DNA of 39,214 bases. It comes from Octopus bimaculoides (taxonomy: Eukaryota). Positions within the stretch are counted from its first letter, which is position 1. Each line of letters begins with the position of its first letter. The position numbers and the translations under genes were made by a program. Positions 1 to 10,780 of this stretch are shown here, piece by piece. The notes under the pieces are model-generated. The model was not told where the DNA came from. It saw nothing but the letters and a program-made list of their open reading frames with translations, and made no database searches. The stretch lies in contig NC_068996.1 in NCBI RefSeq assembly GCF_001194135.2, positions 27,068,094 through 27,107,307 of the forward strand. The letters are read 5' to 3'.

Positions 1-339
1 GCACACATATGAGCATGCACACATACGAGCTTGCACACACTCACGTGCTCATACCGAACAGTTTCGAAACAACGCCAAAACAACGCCAGATCATACATTC
101 AAAATAAATGGAAGTAGAGAGACAAGTTACTGAAGAGATTGCAAGAGTGCAATGAAATAATTTAACAAAAAACTATATAAATTAATAAAGGACTGAACCA
201 GTGCGTGTGTTTATTACCGGCATAATGCCTCTCCCAAGGTTTAATTGTATTTCTTTCAACACACGTATCCACATCAAGAATCTTGCACACGAAATACACA
301 TACGAAATATATATATATATATATACATATATATAACAT

Positions 340-500
340 GACAGGCTTCTTTCAGTTTCTGTTGTCTATCAATTCCTCTCACAAAGCTTTGGTCATCCCA
401 GGGCTATAGCAGAAGACACTTGTCCAAGGTGCCACACAGTGGAACTGAACCCAAAGTCACAAGGTTATGAAGTAAATTTCTTAACCACACAACCATGCTT
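340..500 (-). mobile_element. SINE family B head (tRNA-like + CACCTTGGNCAAGTGTC block), partial
   Basis: Matches the reverse complement of the 5' part of the copy at 20490-20915 (CTTCTTTCAGTTTC...CACAAAGCTTTGGTC...GAAGACACTTG.CCAAGGTGCCAC..AGTGG.ACTGAACCC). Abuts a (TA)n tract. Confidence 0.8.
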
Positions 501-712
501 GCATAGGCACAGATAGGTTGCAAGCATTATATATTTTATATATCAATAAAATATTAAGAATACCAATGTCTATAATGTAAAATATTTATAAATTTTAATA
601 ACGTATGATATTAATGAGTACATGAATGTTAATAAAATATTAACACTACTCTATAATATTAAATAGATAATATAAAATATCAAATATTTTATACATTATT
701 ACTATAGGTACA

Positions 713-1091
713 GTGGAGGCGCAATGGCCCAGTGGTTAGGGCAGCAGACTCGCGGTCATAGGATCGCGGTTTCGATTCCCAGACTGGACGTTGTGAGTGT
801 TTATTGAGCGAAAACACTTAAAGCTCCACGAAGCTCCGGCAGGGGATGGTGGCAAACCCTGCTGTACTCTTTCACCACAACTTTCTCTCACTCGTACTTC
901 CTGTTTCTGTTGTGCCTGTAATTCAAAGGGTCAGCCTTGTCACACTGTGTCACGCTGAATATCCCCGAGAACTACGTTAAGGGTACACGTGTCTGTGGAG
1001 TGCTCAGCCACTTGCACGTTAATTTCACGAGCAGGCTGTTCCGTTGATCGGATCAACTGGAACCCTCGACATCGTAAGCGACGGAGTGCCA
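713..1091 (+). mobile_element. tRNA-derived SINE (family A), full length with 12-bp TSD
   Basis: Pol III A box TGGCCCAGTGG (725-735) and B box GGTTTCGATTCCC (768-780). Flanked by direct repeat ACTATAGGTACA at 701-712 and 1092-1103. Near-identical copy at 27510-27892. Confidence 0.9.
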
Positions 1092-1499
1092 ACTATAGGT
1101 ACAAAAAGAAACTAGCAAGTGCAAAATCATATGGTAATGAAAATAACAATTAAAAATTTGCACCTGTATGTAATTGCTTTTTATGACTTAGAATATAATT
1201 AGACAGGAATTGAATGCCAGCAGGATTAAAGAGAAAATATAGAGAAAGTAATTAAGAATTTTGTCACCATAATTCCTGTTGAAATATACTGTCTTCATTT
1301 ATATTAATAAATTCATAAGCAATTGTGAAAATAACAAAGAATTTAGTGAAATAACTGTAATCATCAAGATAATGTTTGAAACATAAATTAACAATTTAGA
1401 TATTTGATATTAGAAATCTGTATCATAGAACAAGTGATAAAAAGCAGAAGGCTGACTTAGATGCTAGAGTTGCATGAGATGGCATGGTCATGTGCCAGC

Positions 1500-1890
1500 T
1501 TCAGCATCCAATCCTCAGAAGAGAAGAGTTTGGTAAAAAAATCAAACTTGGTATTTTCCATTTGGTTTTCAATAACCTATTCTCACCTATGGTTATGTGT
1601 GCTGAGTAATGATTGAAAGAGTTCAATCCCAAATACAAGTGGCTGAAAGGGTGCTCCTCTGAAGAGTCTCTGGAGCTACATTACTCAACAAGTTGCATAG
1701 CTTGAATGTTAGGAAGTCCTTCCAGATAAAGCCGCTATTTCTCTGCATTGAGAGGTCATAGCTCCAGTACAAGAGACATGAGCTTAAAATGTTGTAGGAA
1801 AGAATCGCAAGACATATTCGTTAAGCCAAGTCAACCAGCAGAAGACATAGGAGTAGACTAAGAATGAGATGGTTGAATAATATCTATAGT
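1500..1890 (+). mobile_element. RTE-clade LINE reverse transcriptase 3' remnant (Rex3/Expander-like), pseudogenised
   Basis: Manual translation: ILTYGYVC*VMIERVQSQIQVAERVLL*RVSGATLLNKLHSLNVRKSFQIKPLFLCIERS*LQYKRH...ERIARHI...RSRLRMRWLNNI. This fits the RTE C-terminal pattern LTYG.E.W...QAAEM.FLRR...IERSQLRW.GH...GRPR.RW. Multiple stops. Confidence 0.75.
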
Positions 1891-1976
1891 CTCAGTTAGT
1901 CATGCTTGGAAATCCACCAGAAAAGTGTATTGATGGTTGCTTCAAATAGACCCTATGTCTGAAGACTCTACCTCCC

Positions 1977-2009
<33 letters not shown>

Positions 2010-2164
2010 GCCCTCCCAAGAACAGTGGATGGAGAAAATGAATGGAAGCACCAGGGAGCAGTTTCAGGCAATCTGGTACCAAAAGAGTTAAACACCGAAA
2101 AACCTGTTGCTTCAACATTTATGCCATTCAATTACTTTAATACCAATTAATCATAATTACTTAT

Positions 2165-2340
2165 TTCTAATATCAGTGCAAGACTAGAGATTTGGTGCAG
2201 ATGAAATAGTCAATTATATCATCCCAGTATATGATTGGTACTTTATTTTATTGAACTCAGAATAATACAATTTAAAGCTGACCTTGGTATGATTTGAACT
2301 CACAAAGTAATGGTTCATAACTAAATACTACATGATGGTT
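2165..2340 (-). mobile_element. degenerate SINE family C copy
   Basis: Colinear but diverged match to 10575-10780 and 16147-16350 (..TGGTACTTTATTTTATTGA..AAAGCTGACCTTGG..GATTTGAACTCA). Confidence 0.5.
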
Positions 2341-2611
2341 TTTGTCAGATGCACAAACAATCCTGCTAGTCTACCACCTTTATAGCATCAAATAACACTG
2401 AATAACAAAAGCAATGACATCAGTTTTCGTTGATATTTTCAATGCTTTTAACATAATACTACTATCCATGATTAGAAAACTGTTATTTATAAATTCTGAT
2501 GCCAAAATTTTGGTATTTAATCTGCCCTTTTACTTCCAGGACATTTTGGAAATTTAAGTGCTCCAACTGAAAGTATTCTTAATATCTGAAACTATCTTAT
2601 TCCATTCAACA

Positions 2612-2715
2612 CCTCCCTCCCTCCCTCACTCACTCACTCACTCACTCACTCTCTCTCTCTCACTCTCTCTCTCTCTCCCTATCTATTTATCTATCTTTCA
2701 ATCTCTCCTTCCCTC

Positions 2716-2747
<32 letters not shown>

Positions 2748-2762
2748 TCCCTCTCCCTCTCT
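2612..2762. repeat. compound microsatellite (CCCT)n(CACT)n(CT)n(CTTT)n
   Basis: Directly visible; explains ORF 2558-2773. Confidence 0.95.
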
Positions 2763-3414
2763 TATATTTCTAATTCTTTATCTTCCTAGGATTGGCCAAA
2801 TAATTAGAAGATTCACTTTGCAGTCAAATAATCCTGGATTCTAAATATGCACCATGATTTTGGATTACAAAATTGTCACAGCATCCAATAATTCCTGATT
2901 TATGAGAATATTTATTGAGCCCTTTTTTGGTGAAAATACTTTGCAAAGACTGATTATGGTGTTCTCAGTGAAATATGTATGTTCTTGGGACTGTATATCT
3001 TCTTTTGCGTATTTTGAAGTAGTTTTATCTCATAAGGTGATTTCATTTGATTAAGTATAAAAGTATGTTTTACAGCACATTCTTCCAATTCAAACACTTT
3101 ATACTTAACCTCACATTACTACTGTTCACAGGCAGATTCTTGAAACAGATCTTGAAACAATCTAAGATCACACATATTTTTTATAAATCCTTTATCGGAA
3201 GTTAGCCCTTTCCATCTATTTTTTAGTTCTATATACTTATGTTGCAGCTCCACAGAATCTCAAATTTATAGATATATTTATTGAGCATTTTTAGTGAAAA
3301 ATAACTAAGACTGTGATACACCCAGTGAAATTCATATGCATCTTATAGTTAAGTATGTATATATATTTAGGGAGCATACATTTTCTCCTGTGTTCCCAGG
3401 CTAACTAAGTCTAT

Positions 3415-3415
<1 letters not shown>

Positions 3416-3452
<37 letters not shown>

Positions 3453-3455
3453 CGT

Positions 3456-3489
<34 letters not shown>

Positions 3490-3646
3490 ACATGAGTGTG
3501 TGTGCACATGAGTGTGCGTGCACATGAGTGTGCGTGCACATGAGTGTGCGTGCACATGAGTGTGTGTGCACATGAGTGTGTGTGCACATGAGTGTGTGTG
3601 TGCACATGAGTGTGTGTGTGCACATGAGTGTGTGTGTGTGTGTGTG
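3416..3646. repeat. (TG)n microsatellite containing a 14-16 nt minisatellite TGTG(T/C)GCACATGAG
   Basis: About nine GCACATGAG-containing units embedded in (TG)n; explains the His/Thr-rich ORFs at 3367-3625. Confidence 0.95.
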
Positions 3647-3890
3647 TTTAATATTGTAAAGCCTTAATGTGCATTAAATACCAATGTAAATACTTTCTTT
3701 CTACATTATTGAGGTGTGAAAAAAGAGAGACAGAATCTCCTCAGTGAAGATGTACTCAGCCCTCTTCAATCAATAACATAGAACAGCTACTTATGAAACA
3801 TCTATAAAATGGGCTTGCACTGCATTGGCTAGCCTAATTTACTCTTTCCTCTTTTTTCTACACATCAACAGTATAGAAAGAATGAATATA

Positions 3891-5164
3891 CCATAAAAAC
3901 CCATGTAATTTACGCACTTTTTTTCACAAAAATAAAAATAAACTTTAGTGGGTGCATAAATTACATGAGTAGATCATTTCCAGAATTTTTTTAGAAATTT
4001 TTTTTGTTGAAAAAAGACTTACAAAACATAAATATTCATACTGGAAGTTGACTCATTTAATGTCAGAATAGGTTTTTACAAACAAAAATAAGGGATTAAC
4101 TATAAAGAAGTTGACTTTTATTTATGCTGGATGGTATAATGCTTACTTTTTCTGTATAAATTAACTAAAACCATTAATTAAATGGCTAACTAATTTTTGA
4201 AGTTTGATGTTCATGGTCTGGGCCATATTTTACATTGCTTGGAGTTTCTACCTATCACAATGGAGCATCATTGACATTCATTGTGATATAGATAATTCTG
4301 ACTGAAAAATATAATGATATGGATAATCTTGATTGTATGTTTTCATTTTTGCTTGTTTATTACTTTGCACAGTTTTAAGTTTGTCGTACTGTTTATGCCA
4401 ATTTTGAACATTGGCTTCATTAACATTAAAATGCCTTCCGGCAGCTCTATTGCCTCATTCAAATGCATATTCAACATATGTAATTTATCCTTCACAGTAA
4501 ACAATTCATAAGTTCTGCCCATACTGACAATAACAGTAATGACAAATTTTAAAGTTAACTTGACATTTTATGAGTGTGGAAGGGATTAAAACTTTGATAC
4601 TCCGTATCAAAGGTTCCAGCAAGAATAAGCGGAATAGAATTCTGTTTACATAATCAGTTTGATCGGTCACCTTCCTCTGTCGGTTGAGTAAAGTATCATC
4701 CAAGCTGATGTTTATTGGTAATTAAACTTATTTTGCAACACTTGTGCATATTTATCAGCTTTGTTTTTGTTGCTAAGAATTATCAACAACTTTTCCTGTG
4801 ATCGTGATTTGAGAAGACTTAGAGAAGTATGCTAAAGATCGGACATAATCTTTTGCGGGCAAGAAATGTAAAATAAAGTTTATTATAAACAACACAAATA
4901 CTTTGTAATTTAATAGCTTTCAATATGATACATGTTAAACAGAAATTATTCTTATTTAATAAAAATTTAATAAATCTAATTATAAATAAGTGAAATTATG
5001 CTAAATACAACTAAATTGAAAACATTTTACCCCTAGTTATATCGGCAATTCTGAAAACTTTTGGGTGTGAATTTTACAAGAGTAGAAGCTTTTTTTAACA
5101 AATTTTATCCTGAAAATAACCTGTGTAAATTACACAGGTGCCCAAATTACATGGGTTTTTACAG
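3891..5164 (-). mobile_element. pogo/Tc2-group DNA transposon remnant with TIRs
   Basis: TIRs CCATAAAAACCCATGTAATTTACGCAC (3891) and reverse complement CTGTAAAAACCCATGTAATTTGGGCAC (5164), with TA on both sides. Minus strand from ATG at 4532 reads MGRTYELFTVKDKLH/VEYAFE*GNRAAGRHFNVNEANVQNWHKQYDKLK, resembling the Brinker-type DNA-binding N-terminus of pogo transposases. Confidence 0.7.
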
Positions 5165-5327
5165 TATATTGTTATTTTACCCACAGTGAAGCTTTATATA
5201 TAAATTCATTTCAGTTCTTCAGGCTGTTGTGCATGAAGAAATATTGTTTAATTAATGATGAGGTGTCAAAAGTATAAATATGCAAATTAGACTAGCCATC
5301 ACAGCCTAATTCATGACTTCTTTATAG

Positions 5328-5365
5328 GTAGCAGAGTTATGCTATAAAATGAGGGAGGAAGCCAG
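5328..5365 (+). CDS. candidate internal coding exon of an unrecognised host gene (VAELCYKMREEAR)
   Basis: Acceptor TTCTTTATAG, donor CAG|GTGTGT, only phase 0 is open; ends in phase 2. No homology recognised. Confidence 0.25.
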
Positions 5366-5789
5366 GTGTGTGTTCTCTGAAGAGTGATCAACAAACTGTA
5401 AAATCATCCATCAGGAGACTCCAATCACTATTTTTTCCACATATTGAAATAATGAGTTTATATTTTTATTCATTGAAGCTTTATAAAGATTCTGTGTGTG
5501 TGTGTGCACATATTATCATCCCGTTCCAAAGCTGGCATGAGTTGGATGATTTGACAGGAACTGGCAAACCAAGTGACAGTGCCAAGCTTTATTGCCTGCA
5601 TTGACATGGTACCTATGGCTGGATGCCTTTCCTTGCACCAACTACTTTACAGAGTATACTACCACTGGCATGGGTAAGGTCACCCAGTAACTGCAAGGCA
5701 AAAAACATCTCAGTTCTATATTTAAGAGATGAGGAATTATGTACATTATTTACATTTGATGGATATTTGTCCTCATCTTGTTTGTTGTT

Positions 5790-5835
5790 AACACAATGTT
5801 TCGGCTGATATACCCTCCAGCCTTCATCAGGTGTC
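5790..5835 (-). ncRNA. minimal type I hammerhead ribozyme motif (family 1, copy A)
   Basis: Reverse complement: GACAC-CUGAUGA-A-GGCUG(GAGGGUAUAU)CAGCC-GAAACAUU-GUGUU. Core CUGAUGA and GAAA are intact, stems I and II pair; stem III is ACAU instead of palindromic ACGU. Confidence 0.75.
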
Positions 5836-5884
5836 TTGGGGAAATTTTGAACCTGGGTTCTCATTGCTAAGATATTTTTTGATG

Positions 5885-5940
<56 letters not shown>

Positions 5941-6011
5941 GTCATTGTTATTATTATTATTACATCAAAAAATACCTTAGGAATGAGAACCCAGGTTCAA
6001 AATTTCTCCAA

Positions 6012-6057
6012 GACACCTGATGAAGGCTGGAGGCTATATCAGCCAAAACATTGTGTT
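6012..6057 (+). ncRNA. minimal type I hammerhead motif (family 1, copy B), core-mutated
   Basis: GACAC-CUGAUGA-A-GGCUG(GAGGCUAUAU)CAGCC-AAAACAUU-GUGUU. GAAA is changed to AAAA, so probably inactive. Confidence 0.65.
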
Positions 6058-6665
6058 AGCAACAAACAAGATGAGGACAAATATCCATCAAATGTAAATA
6101 ATGTAAATAATTTTAAAAACATCTTAAATGAGAGTGGGAGTGGTATTGATGGAAGTGGCTTTGTGCCAGGCAATAAGAGATCAAACTATGAAAGAGGGAC
6201 AGAAACAGGTGTCTTGCTGTAGAGGGGTTACATGGTGAACCCAGCAAGATAGCGAGGAGATAGTGGTGAAAGTACAAGGAGGTGAATGTAAGTGGGGCAG
6301 TACAGAGGACTAGACAAGGTGAGTGAATAGACAGTTCATGAGAGTGTAAAAGAGTTGTGAATGGAGTGGCTGGATAGCAATGATGCAGTTGCCAGGAGAA
6401 GGACAGAAGAGAGAGACGGCAAAAGTTGCATTGGACTGCAGAAGTTGGTGGGGATGGAGTGGGGTGGTGGAGAGACAAGCATAGTGCATGATGAGATGTG
6501 TCATGCATCTCTTGCTATGTATGTGTATGTGTATGCATGTGAGACAGTAAAAGCCAGTGTATTAATATATATACATTGAGTGTTTGTAAGGCAAATAACG
6601 TAGAAAAGGGTTAGCAAGTGATTTGATTGGCTGAAAATTTGCAATAAAGCAGTACTCAATGGAAG

Positions 6666-6676
6666 GTGTGTGTGTG

Positions 6677-6725
<49 letters not shown>

Positions 6726-6810
6726 GTGTTTGAGTGTGTGTGTCTGTGTGAGTGTGTCTTTGTGTGTCTGTGTGTCTGTGTGCATGCTTGTGTGTGTGTG
6801 TGTGTGTGTG
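6666..6810. repeat. (GT)n compound microsatellite
   Basis: Directly visible. Confidence 0.95.
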
Positions 6811-6853
6811 TTGATAGAGCAAATGCTAATACCACACATTTAAAATCGTATCT

Positions 6854-7148
6854 AATTTTCTAGATATCTTCTAGGGAATGAGTCAATTGGGCTGAATCAT
6901 CAGTGAAAAGAAGTGTACAAATACACTTCCTGTTGGATCTTATTTGGGATATGTTCAATGATCCACTATCTACTCTGGTGCAGATATAGCCATTATCTAT
7001 GAGTTTGCTTGACATCTTTTCAATTTTCTAGATATCATCTAAAGAATGAGTCAATTGAGGTGACTCATCAATGAAAAGAAGTGTACCAACAATCCATTAT
7101 CTACCCTGGTGCAGATATAGCTGTCATCTATGAGTTCACTTGACATTT
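6854..7148. repeat. diverged tandem duplication (168-bp unit plus a second unit with an internal deletion)
   Basis: AATTTTCTAGATATC.TCTA..GAATGAGTCAATTG...ATGAAAAGAAGTGTAC...TGGTGCAGATATAGC...TATGAGTT..CTTGACAT starts at both 6854 and 7022. Confidence 0.8.
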
Positions 7149-7599
7149 TATGAAGCACAGCACCCAGAAATAATGCTTATAGCATTGGAGTACACTCACA
7201 TCCTTATTTTTCTGTTTGGGTGACTGGGAAGGAAACCAAGCTGTTGCTTCTAAATGTGATTGTAGCAGACATACTGTCAGGAAAGTGCTTGACATTCTCT
7301 ACAAATTTGGCCAGTTATCTATATTTTTTGAGCAAGGTCCAAAAGTCCTCTCTTCCCACACTGCTAAATGAGTAAATAAAATGAAAAAAAGATCGTGTTG
7401 ACTTTGGGGTTCATAAAGTAAAAATTATATCTTTGATGCTCTTAGTATACAAAATCCACACTGGCTTTTGGAGAGAATTCATTCAGATATTGTTTGCAAT
7501 TTCTTGAGTAGTATTTTTGCTAGTATTTTCCTTGAGTCTTGTACCAATCTGAATCCAGAATACTGGGACACAAACCTCCAGCAATCATGAGAGAAAATC

Positions 7600-7960
7600 A
7601 ACCTTGAAAAATTATTTAATGTTATCTCTAATGACGAGACCCTTGACACAGATGTGAATCACTGCATAACATCTCACAGCAATCACTCTCAGAAAGCTGG
7701 CTGATGGATTCTGCTGAAACCCATACGCTGTATCATCAGCATATATAAAAAGCTGATGGGCTGTCAATTACACCAGCCACAATTCCTTATGAACATATCT
7801 TGGTATCAACATTTCCAAGAAAGAGGTCCTGCAACTTGCAAAAATTCCTAGTGTTGAGTCTTTCAAAATTAAATAACAGTTGCCTTGGATGGGACAAAAT
7901 GAGTCATATGGAGGATACTAGAATCATAAAAGCTGCTTTCCACAATGAATGCCTTTCCTG
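7600..7960 (+). mobile_element. RTE-clade LINE RT C-terminal remnant
   Basis: Frameshifted translation gives VISNDETLDTDVNHCI and KEVLQLAKIPSVESFKIK*QLPWMG/SHMEDTRIIKAAFHNE, matching the RTE pattern EVL..A.IPS.E....QLRW.GHV.RM.D.RIPK..FY.EL. Confidence 0.6.
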
Positions 7961-8083
7961 TCATTTGCCCTCACTTGTTTCCAAGTAAAGTAATATTTTC
8001 CCATAGCTGGACATGATTTCACAGAAGATTGGAAAGAAAGGGCACCTCAAAAAACATACAATGTCAAAAGAAAGAGACATAAA

Positions 8084-8084
<1 letters not shown>

Positions 8085-8123
<39 letters not shown>

Positions 8124-8328
8124 AGCACACACAAGCACACATGCACACACATACACACACGCACGCATGCACATGCACGCTCACACCCACACAAACACAC
8201 ACACACACATACCCACACACAAACACATACAAGTACACACAAGCACACATACATGCATGCACACAAACCCACACACACATGCACACACGCACATACACAC
8301 ATGCACATGCACACGCACATACATACAC
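8085..8328. repeat. (CA)n-rich compound microsatellite
   Basis: Directly visible; lies at the internal microsatellite position of the adjacent family B SINE. Confidence 0.95.
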
Positions 8329-8480
8329 AAAGGGTTTCTTTCAGTTTCCATCAACCAAAATGATTCACAAGGCTTTGGTTGGCCTTAGGCCATAGTAGAA
8401 GACATTTGCCCAAGGTGTCACGCAATGGGATTGAACCTGGAACCAAGTGGCTGGGAAGCAAATTTCTCAACAACAGTCAT
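8325..8480 (-). mobile_element. SINE family B head
   Basis: TTCTTTCAGTTTCCATC..CACAAGGCTTTGGT..ATAGTAGAAGACATTTGCCCAAGGTGTCAC..GAACCTGGAACC, same as other family B copies. Confidence 0.8.
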
Positions 8481-9193
8481 GCCCATTACGGTAAAATTCT
8501 TTTTGCCTCTTTCATGAATTTCCTAGCAGTCTACCAGAGAAATCATCATCATTTAAAATACAATTGTCAGTTAGATCTGACAGTGGTCATAAAATCCTTA
8601 ACTCTTACAAAAGGAAAAATAAAAAAGAACTAAACACCAAAAAATGTTAAAAGTACATCACATTCTTCACTTGTGTTCCAAGGGAAATAATCAGAGGGCA
8701 GTCTTCAAGTAAATTCTAGTAAGTAGATTCTAGTAACTATTTATAGAAACACCAGCACAATAAAGTACAATTAAGTGTCCTGTTTATTTTTTTTATTTGT
8801 TTTTATCGCTCCTTAAATAATTTCTTGATGTCTTTTATAAATATCTCAAAGAAAAGTGGCACTGTAGGGTAACAAGCTGCCTTGATATTTTTAACTTATA
8901 GCAACAATAAACCAAGATAAATCTAAATAAAACTACAAAGAATATAAAAATATATACACACTACAATAGGTGGTACACATACCACACTCACAAAACACCT
9001 ACACGATGAAACAACAATGCTAAAACATGAAAGACCACCTTGATATATGAGAGTCACAGTTTGTTGATGCCACACATGCCACAGTCTGTCCCCACATGAT
9101 AAACCACAACTTACACACATATACAACACCATGTAGCACTAACATAACATTTTATAACGCAATCTCACCCACTCAGAACAAGACTATAGAATA

Positions 9194-9401
9194 CGAGGGA
9201 TGCTGAAAAGTTCCTTGCTTTGGGTAAAAGAAAATACAGGAGGATCAGTTAATTATGATGTTCTTCAACATATTTCCCTCTCAGATCCCCACACTTATTT
9301 CAGCAATCCTTCAGTTTTTCAAGACCCTGGTAAAGAATTCAGAAGGCTGGGCCTCCAGCCAGGCCTTTCATGATGCCCTTAAAACCAGGAACTTTTCAGC
9401 A
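9194..9401. mobile_element. mariner-type MITE
   Basis: Left end TA-CGAGGGATGCTGAAAAGTTCCTTG. Right end CCAGGAACTTTTCAGCA (9385-9401) is the inverted match, truncated. No coding capacity. Confidence 0.6.
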
Positions 9402-9744
9402 GAAGGAAGAGAGAAGAAATATATACACAAAGGAAGATAAACTGCAACATCAATAGCCTCACTAATTCCAAACACTGAACTGAGTTGTACACTACCAATA
9501 TTAAATACAGAAGAACAGTAACTGTCAAAATCTGACCAAGTCTATCTTGTTCACTGCTGCTGTGTTCACTACAAGAACCTATGACAATAGAGAAATAGAC
9601 TAAATAATGGAGAGAGTACATGTCCAGACAGTCATGTTGCATCCAGTACAATTCATCATTGCATGTGGAAGAAACATAATATAACAGGGAACATGGATCT
9701 GTGGGATGTGCCTCATTGTTCTGCTAACTGCTTGCATGTCACAG

Positions 9745-10480
9745 GTCTGCTGGATTAGGACTGACTTGGAGCAATAAAAACAACTACCAAAGGACTGCTG
9801 GATTAGAGCTGATCTGGCTTACACTACAATAACTACTACAAGACTGCTGGATCAGAGCTGACCAAGGTTTACACAGCAACAACTATCTGTGTATCATATG
9901 ATTGTTGGATCAGGGACGACCTGGGACGATACAGCAATAACTACCAAAGGAATTTTTGATCAAGGCTGACCTAAGGATACATCAACAAAAACAAGAGCCA
10001 ATATTGGTGCTTCCCATAGAAGTTCAGTGTATCAGAAATAACAGCCAAACTTCTCTCAAATGATACCCTACTGTCTTAAAAAAGCAAAAAGACATATCAG
10101 ATAATGTAGACTTTGATATTCAAAAGGTCAGGATAGTCACAGTTGGAGTATTTTTGATTATAGATTTTGGTCAATCAGGGCTGACCTGGCACTAAACAAC
10201 AACAATATCCTAAACACCAATGAACATCACTAACATGCAACAGTAAAAATAATACCAACTACAATAAGATGCATAGTTCCAAATAAGCCCTGATCCAGAA
10301 GACCTTGTAGTAGTTGTAGTATAGCCCCAGTGAGCCCTAATCCAGTAGACCTTGTAGCAATTGCTGTATAACACCAGGTGAGCCTTAATCCAACAGTCCA
10401 ATGGCAGTTGTATAACTCCAGTGTGAGTCCTGATCCAGTGGCCCTAAGCTAGTTGTTGTTGTATAGCCCCAGTTTGAACA
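9745..10480. repeat. about 50-bp unit array, direct (9745-9995, 10170-10205) then inverted (10280-10480)
   Basis: Unit consensus CTGCTGGATCAGGGCTGACCTGG...ACAGCAA(C/T)AACTA. About 5 direct copies, one more at about 10170, then about 4 reverse-complement copies (GCCCTGATCCAG..). Confidence 0.75.
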
Positions 10481-10574
10481 ACTCCAATGTAAAACTGTTC
10501 CAACTTTCATGTGGTGCCAAGTCAAAAGAACTGAGCTTCTATCACAGGAATCAACCAAACTAGTTTTATAGAAA

Positions 10575-10780
10575 TATTGGTTTCAAATTTTGTCACAAGG
10601 CCAGCAAGTTCAGAGGAGGGAGTCAATTACATCGACCCCAGCACTCAACTGGCACTTATTTTATTGACCCTGAAAGGATGAAAGACAAAGTCAACTGCAA
10701 TAGAATTTGAACTCAGAATGCAAAGAAGGATGAAATGCAGTTAAGTATTTTGCCCTGCATGGTAACAATTCCGCCAGCTT
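10575..10780 (-). mobile_element. SINE family C
   Basis: Reverse complement contains a B-box-like TCTGAGTTCAAATT followed by GACTTTGTCTTTCATCCTTTCAGGGTCAATAAAATAAGTGCCAG. Homologous copy at 16147-16350. Confidence 0.75.

Larger units (their letters stand above)
5711..6114. mobile_element. palindromic non-autonomous Penelope-like element with two hammerhead motifs, 10-bp TSD
   Basis: Inverted arms (about 5740-5885 vs 5963-6110) around an (ATT)n spacer (5888-5961). Direct repeat AAAAACATCT at 5701-5710 and 6115-6124. Second copy at 15213-15465. Confidence 0.8.
5520..6240 (-). mobile_element. RTE-tail-type SINE-like repeat (family D) split by a palindromic insertion
   Basis: 5520-5710 joined to 6125-6240 is colinear with the uninterrupted copy at 34930-35250 (TTTGACAGGA..GGATGCC..CACTTTACAG..GCAAGG..GAGAGTGGGAG..GGAAGTGG). 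Confidence 0.65.

Noticed and set aside
720-790. tRNA gene
   Set aside because: A and B boxes are present but continue into a SINE body with a TSD. No complete cloverleaf or acceptor stem, so it is a SINE head (same for 27515-27580 and 18640-18705).
2540-2572. Possible exon after acceptor CCCTTTTACTTCCAG (GHFGNLSAPTE)
   Set aside because: Weak donor, and its phase is not compatible with the other candidate exons.
3367-3625. His/Thr- or Cys/Val-rich ORFs here and at 6501-6863, 7961-8395, 11237-11830, 20480-20766, 35243-35758
   Set aside because: They are translations of (CA)n/(TG)n microsatellites.
3455-3630. CRISPR-like regular repeat
   Set aside because: Tandem minisatellite with no unique spacers, in eukaryotic context. 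The 9745-10480 array likewise lacks spacers and cas genes.
5613-6222. Similar short ORFs MRTQVQNF.KTPDEGWR.YQPK (also 15166-15538)
   Set aside because: The similarity comes from the non-coding hammerhead repeat; PDE corresponds to CCTGATGAA, the ribozyme core.
7697-7720. CTGATGG...GAAAC hammerhead-like spacing
   Set aside because: No pairing stem II or stem I, and it lies inside the RTE remnant.
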